Assembly: GCF_024521635.1 (NCBI RefSeq)
Contig: NW_026250408.1
Location: 310,001-374,000 of the forward strand
Length of the DNA stretch: 64,000 bases
Source of the DNA: Tricharina praecox
Lineage: Eukaryota
Direction: 5' to 3'
In this document: piece after piece, positions 35,356 through 48,432 of the stretch
How the letters are laid out: every line of letters begins with the position of its first letter
How positions within the stretch are numbered: the stretch's first letter is position 1
Notes under the pieces: generated by a model
The model's database searches: none
Seen by the model: the letters and a program-made list of their open reading frames with translations, nothing else
What the model was told of the DNA's origin: nothing
Translations under genes and position numbers: made by a program

Positions 35356-38300
35356 GCGGCCCCAGCACTCCGCAGACTGGACGGCCAAGTGTATATGTTT
35401 GCGGAACGAAGAGACCACGGCCTCAGGATATCGACAGCGAATCCAGAGATAAGCGAAGACGAACGGACCAACCTATTTCTACGAGTCCAACCGCGCCGAG
35501 CGCCTCAGGGTGTGAGCCCCCAAAACCTGTCAGCGGACCACGACCAATCATAGAGATGATGCTCCTCTGGTCTGAGCACAAGCGACGACGGATCCGAGTA
35601 CTCCTTGACACAGGATGTGCCATTCCGATCATCAAACGAAGCCTTGCACGAGAACTTGGGTTGCCCCTCATTCAACGACCCAAGCCGGTGGAAATCAAGG
35701 ACTTCCACGGAACCATAGTGGAAGGAGCCGGGGAATATTATACAATGCCGATGCTCCTTCAACACCGGAGCCACTACACCAACGAAACCTTCGAAGTGGC
35801 TCCCTTGGACGACTGCGATGCCTACCTCCCGTATTGGTGGATGGCTAAGCATGAACCGACAGGGTTGTGGAAGAATGAAGCACAGAAAATTCGCTTCACC
35901 AGCACCCGATGCAAGGAACAATGCACCTTGCAACAAGCAACCAGCTTTCCGATGGAACTTGACACGTCTGTCATTCACAATTCGGAGGCTCGCATTATTG
36001 GATACGTCTCAGCTGGCCCGGAATCAGATCCACCCATGAATCTGCTTCCGGAGAAGTTCAGACGATATGCCAACATCATGAGCAAGGAAGCAGCCGATAA
36101 GCTTCCCGACCACAAGTCCTACGGCCACGCAATCGATCTCAAGGAAGGAGAGACTCCTCCATGGGGTCCTATCTATGCCCTGTCAGAGAAAGAACTTGAG
36201 GCCCTCAGGGAGTGGCTCAAGGAGATGCTCCAGACAGGCAAGATTCGAAGATCCAAATCACCAGCCGGGGCGCCGATATTATTTGTACCAAAGGCGCACG
36301 GCAGGGGTCTCCGATTGTGTGTCGACTATCGCGGTATCAACAAGATTACCGTAGCCAATCGCTACCCACTCCCGATCATGGCAGAGTTGCAAGACCGAGT
36401 CAGGGGTGCGAAAGTCTTCACCAAGATTGATCTGAAGAATGGCTATCACCTTATCCGCATCAAGGAAGGTGACGAGTGGAAGACGGCTTTCCGCTGTCGA
36501 TACGGACTGTTTGAGTTTTTGGTCATGCCGTTTGGGCTGACCAACGCTCCAGCGACGTTTCAGGACATGATTAACCACATATTTCGGGATATGTTGGACC
36601 TGGGACTGGTCGCGTACATCGATGACCTCCTCATCTATGCGAAGACGCACGAGGAGCATGACAAGATAGTCATCGAGGTACTAAAGAGGTTGGAAGAAAA
36701 TAAGTTGGCAATCTCACCAGAGAAGTGTGCCTGGTCAACAGGGAGAGTCGAGTTCCTAGGATACGTGATATCCCAAGATGGAATTGAGATGGCTAAGGAA
36801 AAGGTGGAATCTGTGCTCTCATGGGAGGCGCCGCGGTCCCTGAAGGAAGTACAAGCCTTTCTTGGGTTCGCCAATTTTTACAGGCGCTTCATCAAGGATT
36901 TCTCAAAGATCACGAGACCCTTAACCGAGAGCACAAAAGAAAAAGGGAAGGATTGGAGATGGACAGCGGAGATGGAACTGGCCTTCGAGGAGCTGAAGTC
37001 TAGGTTCACCACGGCACCGATTCTCGGGCACTTCAACCCAGAATTACCTGTCATGGTGGAATCCGACGCTTCGGACTTCGCGTTGGGCGCGGTCCTGTCT
37101 CAAAGGACAGAGGATGGGAAGTTACACCCAGTTGCGTTCCACTCAAGAAAGTTTACCCCAGCCGAAATCAACTTTGAGATTCACGATAAGGAACTACTCG
37201 CGATAGTAGACTCTTTCAAACGCTGGCGGCAATACCTTGAGGGAGCAAAACACCAGATCCAGGTGTACAGCGACCACCAGAACCTTGAGTACTTCACAAC
37301 CACGAAAGTACTCAATCGACGGCAGGCGAGATGGGCACAAGAACTCGCTGGCATCGACTTCAAAATCTACTACCGGCCCGGCAGCCAGAATGGCAAGCCT
37401 GACGCATTATCCAGGCGCCCGGAGTACCGCCCTGAAAAAGGGGGGGGTGAAGATCAGCCGATTACGACGATCCTGCATAAATCACACTTTGCAGGCGACG
37501 ATTCGAGAGTTTCATCAATCAGCACCGGAGGCGAGAGCACCGTGTTTCTGGTTTCGTCAACTCGGCTACATTCAATCCCCGTGCCAAAGTGGAATGAAGA
37601 ATTTCTGGGTTGGGTCAGGAAGGCAGGAAAGGAAGATGCTGGGTATCAGGAGGCTCTGAGCAGCATCAAGGACACGAACGAGGACGCGGCTCAGAAGGAC
37701 ACTGAGTCGGAGGGCCGAAAGGCCTGGGAACTGGCCGCCGAGAGTAGGGACTCCGGCAGGATGGGCCGAAAGGCCAGGATTTTGAGGATGGAAGAGGGGT
37801 GCCTGTATAGGAAAGAAAGGCTATGGGTACCAGACGATAAGGAACTCGTCAGACACATCCTCGAGTCGGAACACGATACGAAAGTCGCGGGGCATATGGG
37901 CCAGGACAAGACTATCGAACTTATCCGACGCAATTTCTGGTGGCCAAAGATGGACGAGCAGATTATAGACTTCGTCCGGAGTTGCGCGCAGTGTCAGAAG
38001 GACAAAGCAACAAGGCACCAGCCGTATGGACTACTCAATCCCCTCGAGTTACCATACACCCCATGGCAATCAATAGCCATGGACTTCATTACCGACCTAC
38101 CGGAATCCAACGGTTGCGACCAGCTATGGGTGGTCGTCGACCACTTCACCAAGATGGCGCATTTCATCCCCCTACCTAAGGATGGAAAGATAGCCGAGGA
38201 TCTCGCGAAGATTTTTGCCCGCGAGATATGGCGCTTTCACGGATTACCAGCAGACATAGTGTCGGACCGAGACTCACGGTTTACCTCGGGTACATGGAAA

Positions 38301-39161
38301 GAATTCATCCGGCTGCTAGGCATTAAGCCCCGGATGTCAACAGCATTCCACCCACAGACGGATGGACAAACTGAACGCCTCAACCAGACGATTGAAGCAT
38401 ACCTCCGCTCCTTCGTCAACTACGAACAGAACGATTGGGTGAATCTCCTACCGATGGCTGAGTTTGCCTACAACAACTCGGTTACATCGGCAACCGGAAT
38501 GTCGCCCTTCTATGCGAATTTCGGATACCACCCGTCGGCGACAAACCCTGCTGCGGCAAATTCTCTCAACCCCGCCAGCAAGGTCTACGCTCACTGGATG
38601 CATACAGTCCACGAGGAAAACATCAAGACCCTCGAACGAACGCGCGAACGAATGCGCTAGTATGCAGATCAACATCGTCAGGAGGCACCGGCTTATCAAG
38701 TAGGAGACTTGGTAATGCTCAATGGGCGGAACATTCAAACCCGCCGACCCTCGCGGAAGTTGGACCACAAGAACCATGGTCCCTTCCAAATCGAGAAGAT
38801 CGTATCGCCGCTCGCTGTCAAGCTCACTCTGCCAAGGAAGTGGAAGATTCATAATGTCTTTCACGTCTCGCTCGTTGAACCGTTCCGAGCCGGCACCCGA
38901 GCACCACCGGATCCCTCTCAAATCTTACGAGAGGCCGATGATGTGGAAGGCAACGAAGAATACGACGTCGATGAGGTTATGGGCAGCTCGAAGAAAGGTC
39001 GACGAGTGCTCTACCTCGTCAAATGGCTCAACTACCCCGAACGACGGGACTGGACGAACGAGCCATTCGACAACTTCTCAGTAGGCGGTCGGGAAAAGCT
39101 ACGCGAGTTTCATCGCAAAAATCCCGATGCGCCGAGGGACTACCGGCTCACAGATGAGTAA
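35346..39161 (+). pseudogene. pol: Family-B pol (PR-RT-RH-IN-chromodomain), -1 frame, premature TAG at 38658-38660
   Basis: LLDTGCA; YIDD; ESDAS; HHCC; IVSDRD; HPQTDGQTER. The frame continues after the TAG through GPF and the chromodomain EEYDVDEVM...YLVKWLNY. Confidence 0.93.
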
Positions 39162-39993
39162 GAGTTTTTTCCCATGAGGTTTTTCTCGAACTCGGGCAGG
39201 TAGTAGGATGAAGGGGTTGGAGGACTTCATCCACAGTTATCAAGTTAGGATAAAGGCGAGGACTTGGGTGCTTCGGGCCGAAGCCTTGTGGGAGGGGAGA
39301 TGGTGTGACACCCCGATAGGTATCGGAGGTCACGACGGTCGCAAGAGACGTGATTAGATAGTTCGGGTGATTAGAATAGAGTTGCGAGCCGAAAGGATAG
39401 TTAGAAGCGATCGAGGACAAGATAGGAAGGAGGGAGCAAACGGATTCCAGAGTCTAGACAGTGATCGGAGATGCGGGAGATCGGGATAACAGTCCAGAGG
39501 ACTTTGAGATCTCCGATCATAGGGCCCCGCAGTAGGAACTCCGATCCAGGAAAAAACTGTTATGACGAGAGAATCGAACATCGACCGATGGGGGCAGACA
39601 ACTTCGAGCGAAGAACTCTGCCGGCGCATGAGGGAGATAATTGCTCGGAAACTCCGATCTATCTTGGGCGCGTGGTATTTACCACCTGCCTAGTCGAGAA
39701 GACTATCCGAAGAGAGCTGACGACGACTCAAGGCTAGGCCGCGGAACTCCGATGCAAAGGAAGCAACGGAGCTACGTTAGGCCGCACTCTAGAGGAATCA
39801 CGTGCTGAGGATCGGGACGACTATAAGTCGAACCGAGCGGGCAACCGAACAAAACTACAATCATCGCACCGAACAAACCATCGAACAAACACCCTTAAGA
39901 TTATTCCGTTGTGAATTATCGAAATCCCTGACTTTTATTCTATCCTCGATTTTACTATAGACTCCGACGACACAAACCCGTCCCAGTCTCACA

Positions 39994-40608
39994 GTTATTG
40001 CGTGAAGAACTAAATACAGAAGGGCAACGGCCCGTTTATATAGGAAATCCTCCCCTTCTTCCCGCAACCTGACAATGACCGTGAGCGTGTGCCAGACCCT
40101 GAGAAATCCACCTTGCCAGTATCCCACTTCCGTGACTCATACCCTGCGCAGCCGCACTACCCCTGCTTCCTACACACAGCCCCAATCTCCTGCGACTCAT
40201 TACTGCGCTATCCCTGCTCCCTGCACACAGCCCCAAATCCTCTGCGACTCATCCTTGCACTGCCGGTGCACTGCCTCTGCACTGCCCCCCAACTCTCCCG
40301 ATCCTTGTGCCGACCCTCCCTTCGTCATTCCGTCGCGAGCCGTGACAGATTTTCTATATAAACGGGCCGTTGCCCCTCTGTATTTAGTTCTTCACGCAAC
40401 AACTTGTTAATTCAATCACTGTTACCTCTGTCCTTGCCTCGGCTGCCGTCTGCACCTTAGTCCTTGTCCCTGCCTCTGTTCTCAGTTGCCGTCTGCACTG
40501 AGCCCTGCCTTGCCTTGTCCTCCGAACCTGTCTTGCCTCTGGCAAACCCAGTACCCGATCACCCGCCCAACTTCGCTACCTGGAGCCTTGCTCGACCGTG
40601 CAGTTACA
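39994..40608. repeat. Family-A LTR remainders: 39994-40347 (-, partner of 32460-32623) and 40348-40608 (+, partner of 32409-32459)
   Basis: TSD GATTT at 32455-32459 and 40348-40352 brackets the minus-strand solo LTR. The nest ends with ...GTTACA at 40608. Confidence 0.9.
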
Positions 40609-42379
40609 GCGCCCATAGGACTTTTTGTTTCTCCTGATGTAGAAATCCTAAGCATAAAGTTGTCGGCGAGAGGAGGAGGGCATGGTGGGTCGATGTCATG
40701 GGGAAGTTGGAAATACACTCAGTGAGCTGGGCACAACAATTACTACTCGGAGGCCAGTGCTGGATGAGCATAAGGCTGATATAAGAATTTCCGCGTCTTG
40801 CGGTCTGATTTTCACATATGCTCTACGTAGTGTGATCCCTCTATGTGGTGTTGACGAGTGATGGAGGAGCCGTCGGCGGAAGGAAGCGAATGTGGTTAGT
40901 TGGGAGCACCAACGTTGGCGGGGCCAGCGAGCCGTCTGCTATCTTAGTCATCCGCTTCTATCTTCTTCTTTCTCTCTTATCATCTACAGAATAGACGATC
41001 AACCTCTACATCCTCTCCCTCCTTGTGTGTTCTCCTTCTCTCGACCTACTTCCAGGCGAGGCATTAGCAAAAGAGCCCTCGCAAACCGGATTCCCTTTCA
41101 CCCTCGCGATGACAGCCGGTCGCGGTCCCTCGGTCTGCTACAGTCGCTGCCAAGCTCACGATCTCACCTCAAGTTCCCACGCGCCTTGAGTGGGTTCCCC
41201 GCTACCTCAGCAACATAATCATCGCGGATGTCACACCTAGTGAGCTTGCATTTTACCTACGGAGACGTGGATATAGTTAAAGATCCAATTGAGCTGACTC
41301 CTGGTTAGGACATCCACGGTTGCACTGTTGCAGTCGCCGGAAAACGGAGGAGAGTGATACAGCAGGCAGCGATCGCCGATGCGTCGAGTTCAGACTGACG
41401 GAACGGACACCGCGTCATCGCCCGGCGGAATCTAGCACGGCCCTCGTTTTCCGATTTCTCGCTGGCCGTGATTGCACTTCAGCCGGCAACCGTGATGCCA
41501 GTACAGATGTGGTGCAGCTTTGAATGTTTCCATTACGACACACTCGTTTTCAAGCGATTGGGAACTTCGACTCTTCCCCACTACGACACACTCGTTTTCG
41601 GTCGATTAGGAGCTCTGAACTGTCTTTCGTCTCCCCCGGGTGTGAGATTGCAACTCCAGCTGACAACCATGATTCTAATACAGCTGTGATTTAGCTTTGA
41701 CTGTTCCCACTACGACACACTCGTTTTTAGTTGATTAGGCGCCCTGGAGCGCTCACCTGTCTTTCGCTTCCCCTCGGCTGCGAATTCGTCGCTATGGCCT
41801 AACTAGTTTTCAGTTGCTTTCCTCCGCTCAAAGGTATCAAACACACGGCTTTAAGAAACCCCCCCCATGGTGTTGACAGAGCTGACTGAGATCAACGACG
41901 TTAGTAGAGTTTTGGTGGTGACGTCGAGGGAAGGAGCCGAGGGATTGGAGGTGGGTACATACGCTTGCTGGGCACCGTGATCACGAAAGATCTCTCGGTC
42001 GGGCGGAAGGGAGTACATAAAATATCCGGGTGCAAAAGTGGGGCAGTTGCACCTTTTTGACAAAAGAAAACAGGAAACCGCGGTATTGAGGATGCCTACT
42101 CGGCCAGCATTTTCCCGAGCGTCGTGCGCAACACAGTACCCCGGTGTCCGATCCCGAAATCCGGTTCGGCCCAAGACACTATCAATTAGACATCCCGGCC
42201 CATCCATCCCCGCAAACGCATGGTGCCTACAGCCTACAGCAATATATCTTGGAACAGAAAACAGGCCTCGGTCAATTTCTCCCCAAACCGAGATCTAGAT
42301 TGCGCTTGCCGTATATAACGTGTTCACCGCGCCCCCTTCGTGCATCTTGGTCCAACCCCGTCCCAGAAGTCTGGCAACA

Positions 42380-43188
42380 ATGCAGTTCCTCCGTCTCCTT
42401 CTCCTCCCGGTCCTTGCGCTCACCGCCGCCGCCGCAGCGCCCCGTCGTGCTTGCCAGAAAGCGATCTTCGTCCTCAGTGGCGATTCCACCACGGCCCCCC
42501 AGTCCGCGGGCGGCGGCGGCTGGGGCAACGGCTTCAAGAACACGACTCTGCTCGCGCCCAGCTTCGCCGAGAACCACGCAGTGAACGGACGGTCAACCCA
42601 GAGCGTCCTCGCGAACGGTGAATGGGCAGGTGTCTTGGACGCTGTGACGAAATACAAAAGCCAAGGGAGCGTTTATGTCACCATCCAGTTTGGGCACAAC
42701 GATCAGAAGTTAGTGAATTTCACGGGGCAGTTCGAGGTGAACCTTAAGAGGATGGTCGGGGATGTGAAGACGGCGGGCGGTGTACCGGTACGATTATCTC
42801 CCTGCTGGGCGTGAGTGGATTAAAGCTGATGGATGGATAGATTCTCGTCACCCCCCTCGCCCGCCGCACTTACACCGACGGTGTGCTTACGGACAAACTT
42901 GCGGATTGGGCGACGATCACCCTCTCGGTAGCCAAGCAGACGAAGACGCATAAAATCGATTTGCTGAAGGAGAGCATGCGGTACCTTACCGCCATCGGCG
43001 AAGCGAACGCGCGGAAGTTCGATCTGGTAGCCGATGATCGCACACATCTAAATGATGCGGGGAGCGTTGTGTTTGGGCGCATGGTCAGCGACCTCCTAGT
43101 CGCGGAGATGGGAGAGCCGGTGAGATGTGTTACGAAGGCGGACAAGGAGCTTAGTAAGAAGATTAAGGACGGGGTGATGGCGATTTAG
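42380..43188 (+). CDS. Secreted SGNH/GDSL hydrolase, rhamnogalacturonan acetylesterase-like (CE12); intron 42788-42840
   Basis: Signal peptide; LSGDSTTA; GWG; NHAVNGRST; TIQFGHNDQK; LVTPLARR; DRTHLN catalytic DxxH. Confidence 0.93.
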
Positions 43189-44070
43189 ACAGGGCTGTAT
43201 AAGTACTAAGGAATAAAAAAAATAGAAACAACGGTGTTGCTTCGGTGAGAAGGTACTTACCCCGAAGTCCTGGCCGTAAGCGATGGTCAAGCTTTCCCAC
43301 GCGAGATCTGCATTTCCCCGCATCCCACATTCCTATATTAGCCGGAACCGGAAATTTCGGGATCGGGGGTGGTGAAGGCCGGTGCCACGCTATTTCCGCA
43401 ACGGCCAGGCACAGGAATATCTGCGAGCCGAGGATGTTGTAGACACTACATAGAGGCAAAATTTGCGGTCACATGGTTGACCTCAATCCGTGCTCGGTGT
43501 GCGGACTGAGGGATAACAAAAGAATGTACACGTTAGTACGCGAATTTTAACATGGATAAGGTCCGTAACTTCTCCTACAGGTAAATACGATCTAAAAAAC
43601 GAGGGAAAGAAAACACCCATTGATCATTGCGTAACTCGTAGGTACAAGAAATTGCGGTACAACAGAACAACAATCCAGGAAAGTGCGCTGAAAACGCGCG
43701 AACCGTCGAGGGTAAAAAGGTGAAACACAGAAAAGAAAGAAGGGCTTGAAAACCGAAACAGAGTAAAAAACGGAATCAATGAAAACCGTCAGGGTGTAGT
43801 GAGCTGTGACAGTGTGGATCAACAGAAGGAAGAAACAGTGGTAACCTCAAAAAAAAAAATCAGACATATGACAAAGCACGACGAGAAGATGGAAACTTAC
43901 AGAATCTTGGAGGAGTTGCAGGCGCGTCTCCTTTTTTTTCGCAAGTTTAATGATTGAGTTCAATCTTCGGCGGGGAATGAGCGGTGTGGTCTCTGGTTTC
44001 TTCGGTCTCTGGCTGGAAGATCGGTGTCTCTAGCTGGAAGACCCTTTTTCCCTCTGCGATGCTTCTTCGG

Positions 44071-45330
44071 TCAGTTCTCCAGAACCGCAGGCTCCTCCAA
44101 CTCCCCTCCTTCATCCCCAGCCTCCCGCACGTACTCTTGCTCCTGAAGTTCCTCCAACCTCTGTCTTTGCATCCTGGCCGCTACGTGTTCCGCCGTACAT
44201 TCCGCATTCTTCATGAGATGCTGGGAGTAGGAGACATAGTCGCCAAGGTAATGACCGCAGTAGACACACTTCATCCTGTCGCCGCTACCTTGGTGGTGAT
44301 TCATGTTTTTGAATCCGACCTCGTCATCACGCTCGCAAAGGTACGTGCAGGGCTCCTTCTCGAAATGCACTAGAAAGTCGCAAGGAGTGGGAAAGCCTCC
44401 TCCGCAACCTCCGCAGATGCGGCGGTTGGGATGCAACGATAGGCATCCTTCTTCAGTTAATCGTTGCTTCTTTGCAAAGACGTATCGTCGTCACTCTCGC
44501 CGAGGAAATGCTCGATAGCCTCCGGGAGAAAGTGTCGCAGTGGCGTCCCTTCCGCAAACATCTCACGCAGGTAGTCGTGCACGTATCCTACGAAGTTCGG
44601 CTGCTCGAACTTAAGACGGATCAGGATCTCCTTGTTCTTCGACCGACCAACGCGGCATTGTTTGAGGATCGTTTGCCGCATTGATTGGTAGGCGATGTCC
44701 CGCGGTCTCCCCAGAGCCTCTGACGCACCTTCGACCACCACGAAGGTTATCGTGCCCTGTTCAGGCGCTGCAGAGAAACCACGCGGCGATTGAAAGATCA
44801 TGTGCCACTCATTTTGAATGCGGAGCACGAAACGCTCGTCGCGCGGATCGAGGGCGCTAAATACTATTCTGAGACGGTCGGGAGTTCTGTCGCCAGGGGC
44901 ATTCTTGAAGGCGCACCAGAGATATCCGAAGACGATTTCTTCTTGTGATTCTTCCTCATCGCATGTACGTGTGGCGGATGGGGCATCCTCCTTGAGACGA
45001 CGTCCGGGTGTCTCGAAGGTGATCCAACGCTTTGCTGGCGGGTCCGACTCGTAATCCACTATCGAGAACGTGGTGAACATGCCAGAAAATTGGTCGCGAT
45101 CAATCCCAGATTCCTTGAGACCTTGGCCGACTATGACGCCTGACTTCTTGAGTGAGGGCAGATCATCGGATGGCGGTGGACATGGAAAGATGCTTCCAAG
45201 GCGTCAGTAAAGCAATACGACACCACTCCAGGTAGTTATTAGCTAGCATCCGCCGTCTCTACTCTCTGTACTGGTCTGGAACAATCCATTGGAGGTTGCA
45301 CTATACTTACCAGTGTCTCGTTACCCATCT
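44071..45330 (-). pseudogene. Paralogue of the 17044-18759 zinc-finger orphan, apparently frameshifted near 44490
   Basis: Aligns by eye: TTFSIVD..PAKRWITFET vs TEVSIMDTEARKWRVFNT; GYLW vs AYLRW; FSALDPRDERFVL vs FTSIHPSDPRYEL. The fingers CGGC...HFEKEPC and CVYC...QHLMKNAEC lie in a different frame. 5' exon structure uncertain. Confidence 0.55.
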
Positions 45331-46764
45331 TGATTCCTGAGATCTCAGATGTGGATTGGGAATGCGGGTGGTGGATGTTCCGTTTGATTGATGATGGTGG
45401 GGGAAATTAGAAGGATTGTTGATGGTATTGTGGGGGAAAGGAGGAGGATGGTTGATGGTATGGAGGGGGAAAGGAGGAGGAGGAAGTGCGATGATTAAAT
45501 AAGTATTTCGACCTCACTGTTGATCATCGCGATAACAAACGATATACCTAACTTGGTAACGTAGATGTTATCGATCCGATAGGCAACATCTGCGTGCCCT
45601 GGAACTGGGGCAGCAGTTGCTTGTAGTCACACTGGGCCTAGCAAACAATTCCTCGTATGGTGCAAATCCGGCGGCTCCAAAGCGTCGCAATACGTCCTCC
45701 ACCGTCACGCAGCAATATCCAGGGAAAGGTTCTGCCTTTCCCGGGGCGGTCCCATGACTCTGTGTGCGGAATAACCAGACATATACGCAGCTGCTGCACC
45801 GCTTGATACTCTTACAGAGGGCTGTCAAAAACCATCAATCAGCCCCGTCTTTCGACTACAGCTTCAAAATTAATCGGTCAAGTCAGTCAGTGTTACCAGT
45901 AGCCGGTGAATTGGTGATGTGTAGCTTCGCAGTATGTTTTACTGCTTCCACGCAATCACAGGAGTCACTCGCAGTTTACTTACCCATATGCGATGACCCC
46001 ACAACAATAATTCCATTCGTATCCCATCCTGCCTAGTCACTATTGACCACCATCCTCTCCGACAATCCCCAAATCTCCCATCGTCTCCAATGAAACCTTA
46101 ATCGGTCAGAAGAAGGATAGGAACGCCATGAACCAACTCCGACGACAGTAGCAGGGCAGATGTGACTTTCACCGACAAACCACCGCAAGGTCATGTCAGC
46201 CTGCGTCTAGTCAGTGGCGATGCGCAGATCGGAGCTCTGGTCGCGAGGAGATGGCACAGCAGCCACGGACACCATCGGAAAAGGCGACGACCTTCGGAAT
46301 ATCCTCAACCAGGAAGTTAGGGCGGCCACAGGCAGTTTCAGGATCATCAACCAAGGCATCCTCGAGCTGAATCCGGACTGCGACCGGCAGCAGCACAACT
46401 CAACAACAGCGGCATACCTCTCAGACTCCTCAGCCATCAGCAATGTTCAAGGAAACCGACCCAGGACCACCTGGTCGAAGCACGGGCTGCACCGAGCATG
46501 GCTGGCTTCCAGCACCGAGCAGATATCCTGAGGAAACAGGACGTACTCCATACTACCGAAGCATCGCTTTGAGGGTCGCAGGGAGGGAGGGGATGGATCT
46601 ACGCGGTACCGGACGCCTTAATCGTGCATGGTTGGCCGCAACGAGGTGTTTTGTATTCCGATTTCCGAACGCTACTGGATCCTTCCATGTACGCCCGCGA
46701 TGTACGGAGGCGGGAAGACACGACCTACGAGGTATTCGGACAGCCACCCTACTGGTACCACGCA

Positions 46765-46957
46765 TCCTGTCCGAATAGCCATCCTGTCCGATTACTCAGC
46801 TATCCAGTCCGAATACCAATCTTTTCCGATTACCCAGCCTGTCCGATTACCCAGCCTGTCCGATTACCCAGCCTGTCCGATTACCCAACCTGTCCGATTA
46901 CCCAGCCTGTCCGATTACCCAGCCATCTTGTCCGAATAGCAATCCTGTCCGAATAGC
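46765..46957. repeat. 17-bp minisatellite (TACCCAGCCTGTCCGAT)n, ~5 near-perfect units plus degenerate flanks
   Basis: Directly visible at 46831-46924. Confidence 0.9.
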
Positions 46958-47619
46958 CATGCGCTCATATACTGGTAGTAGATACACCTATTACTTCCTT
47001 TAGGTATTCATAAGGACGGGATGAATCACTTCGAGGCCAGAAGCTATGTTGGTAGCGTGACTGGATCCATCATCTCCGTGAATCCTTCAACGAGCCGAGT
47101 GATCGCAGAAGCATCCGGCACTCCCTGTCAGGTTGTCGTCTCATGTCAACGTACGGTATGACGATAGGAAAGGTTACGAACTTACAATAAAATCACTATG
47201 GCTATGGCTATGACTACAGCTAGAAGTCTGAAAGCGTCGGTACGAATGGTTCCATTTTTTCGAGGTGCAGTAGGTACCTGGTAGGTACCTGCCCAGTGCC
47301 CACCGGAGCGGGTTACTTCCAGACACTTACGACATGTGGTAGTGGAGTAGAAGATGGTTGTTCTACAGTGGATAGAACTGGCTGATGATGGGATCGGCGT
47401 AATAGGTAGACGTGTTCCATCTCTTCATCCACGAGCTACCTACCTGATACCACCAGACAGCACCGGAGGTTCTCACAGTCACGACGATGGGCCACGAATT
47501 CATGATTAGCAAACTATGTACTTTCTGGATGCTATAGTGAGTTTACTTCGAGCCGGACTCGAGACCAGGCAGAATTGACAATTTCCGTCGTTTTATTCCA
47601 TAAGTACACACATCCCCCC

Positions 47620-48432
47620 CTACGTAGCCATAACCCCATCCCTAATCGCAGCACTAAGCGTCTCATTCCTGTTCGTGACACACCTGACGGGCTCTCCCAA
47701 CTCCGCACCGAGGAGATCGCTAACCAAGCGGGAAAACACCACAGCTCCCACAGCGTTCAGGTGCGTTTTATCGCCGGCGGCCAGATCGAACGTGCGCGCG
47801 TTCGCCTCGCCGATCGCAGCAAGGTACCGCATGCTCTCCTTCAAAAGCTCGATCTTGTGCGTCCCCGTCTCTGCCGCTACCGATAGCGCGATCGCGGCCC
47901 AGTCGCCGAGGAGATCGGTGAGGACGCCGCCGGACCACGTGCGCCGCGCGAGAGGCGTCACCAGAACCTATCACTCCCACGTCAATTCCGATCACTCTCG
48001 GGCAGCAAGGCCAGAAGAAAGGACAGATCCTACCGGCACCCCTCCGGCCGCCTTAACATCGTTGACCATGCGCCTGAGATTAACCTCGAACTGCGCGGTA
48101 AAGTTCGCGATTTTCTGATCGTTATGTCCGAACTGTATGGTGACATAGACATTTCCCTGGGCCTTATAGTCCTCGACGGCGTCCAGGACTGCGGCCCACT
48201 CGCCGTTCGCGAGCACGCTCTGTGTCGACCGTCCGCCCACAGCGTGGTTCTCGCCGAAGCTCGGCGGTAGCAGAGTCGTCGCGTTGAAGCTGTCGCCCCA
48301 CCCGCCACCTGGCGCCGTTGTGGAATCGCCGCTGAGGACGAAGATCGCCTTTGAGCAGGCGCGGCGTGCGGAGGCTGCCGAGGCGCCGGTGAGTAGGAGG
48401 ATTGGGAAGAGGAGGTGGTGGAGGAGTTGCAT
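47620..48432 (-). CDS. Second CE12/SGNH acetylesterase paralogue; intron 48033-47968
   Basis: Same motifs (LSGDSTTA, TIQFGHNDQK, DKTHLN) and same intron position as the 42380 gene. Confidence 0.93.

Larger units (their letters stand above)
32624..39993 (+). mobile_element. Full-length Ty3/Gypsy chromovirus, family B (7370 bp), with in-frame stops
   Basis: LTRs 32624-33312 and 39304-39993 (689/690 bp, TG...CA, about 9 differences seen), PPT gggaggggaga 39290-39300. Flanks ACGGC/GTTAT do not form a TSD. Confidence 0.96.

Noticed and set aside
22321..40613. The whole nest as one insertion with a single outer TSD
   Set aside because: Outer flanks GTATG and GCGCC do not match.
46100..46760. Broken ORFs possibly from a LINE gag or other decayed gene
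   Set aside because: No diagnostic motif (CCHC, endonuclease, RT); too degenerate to call.
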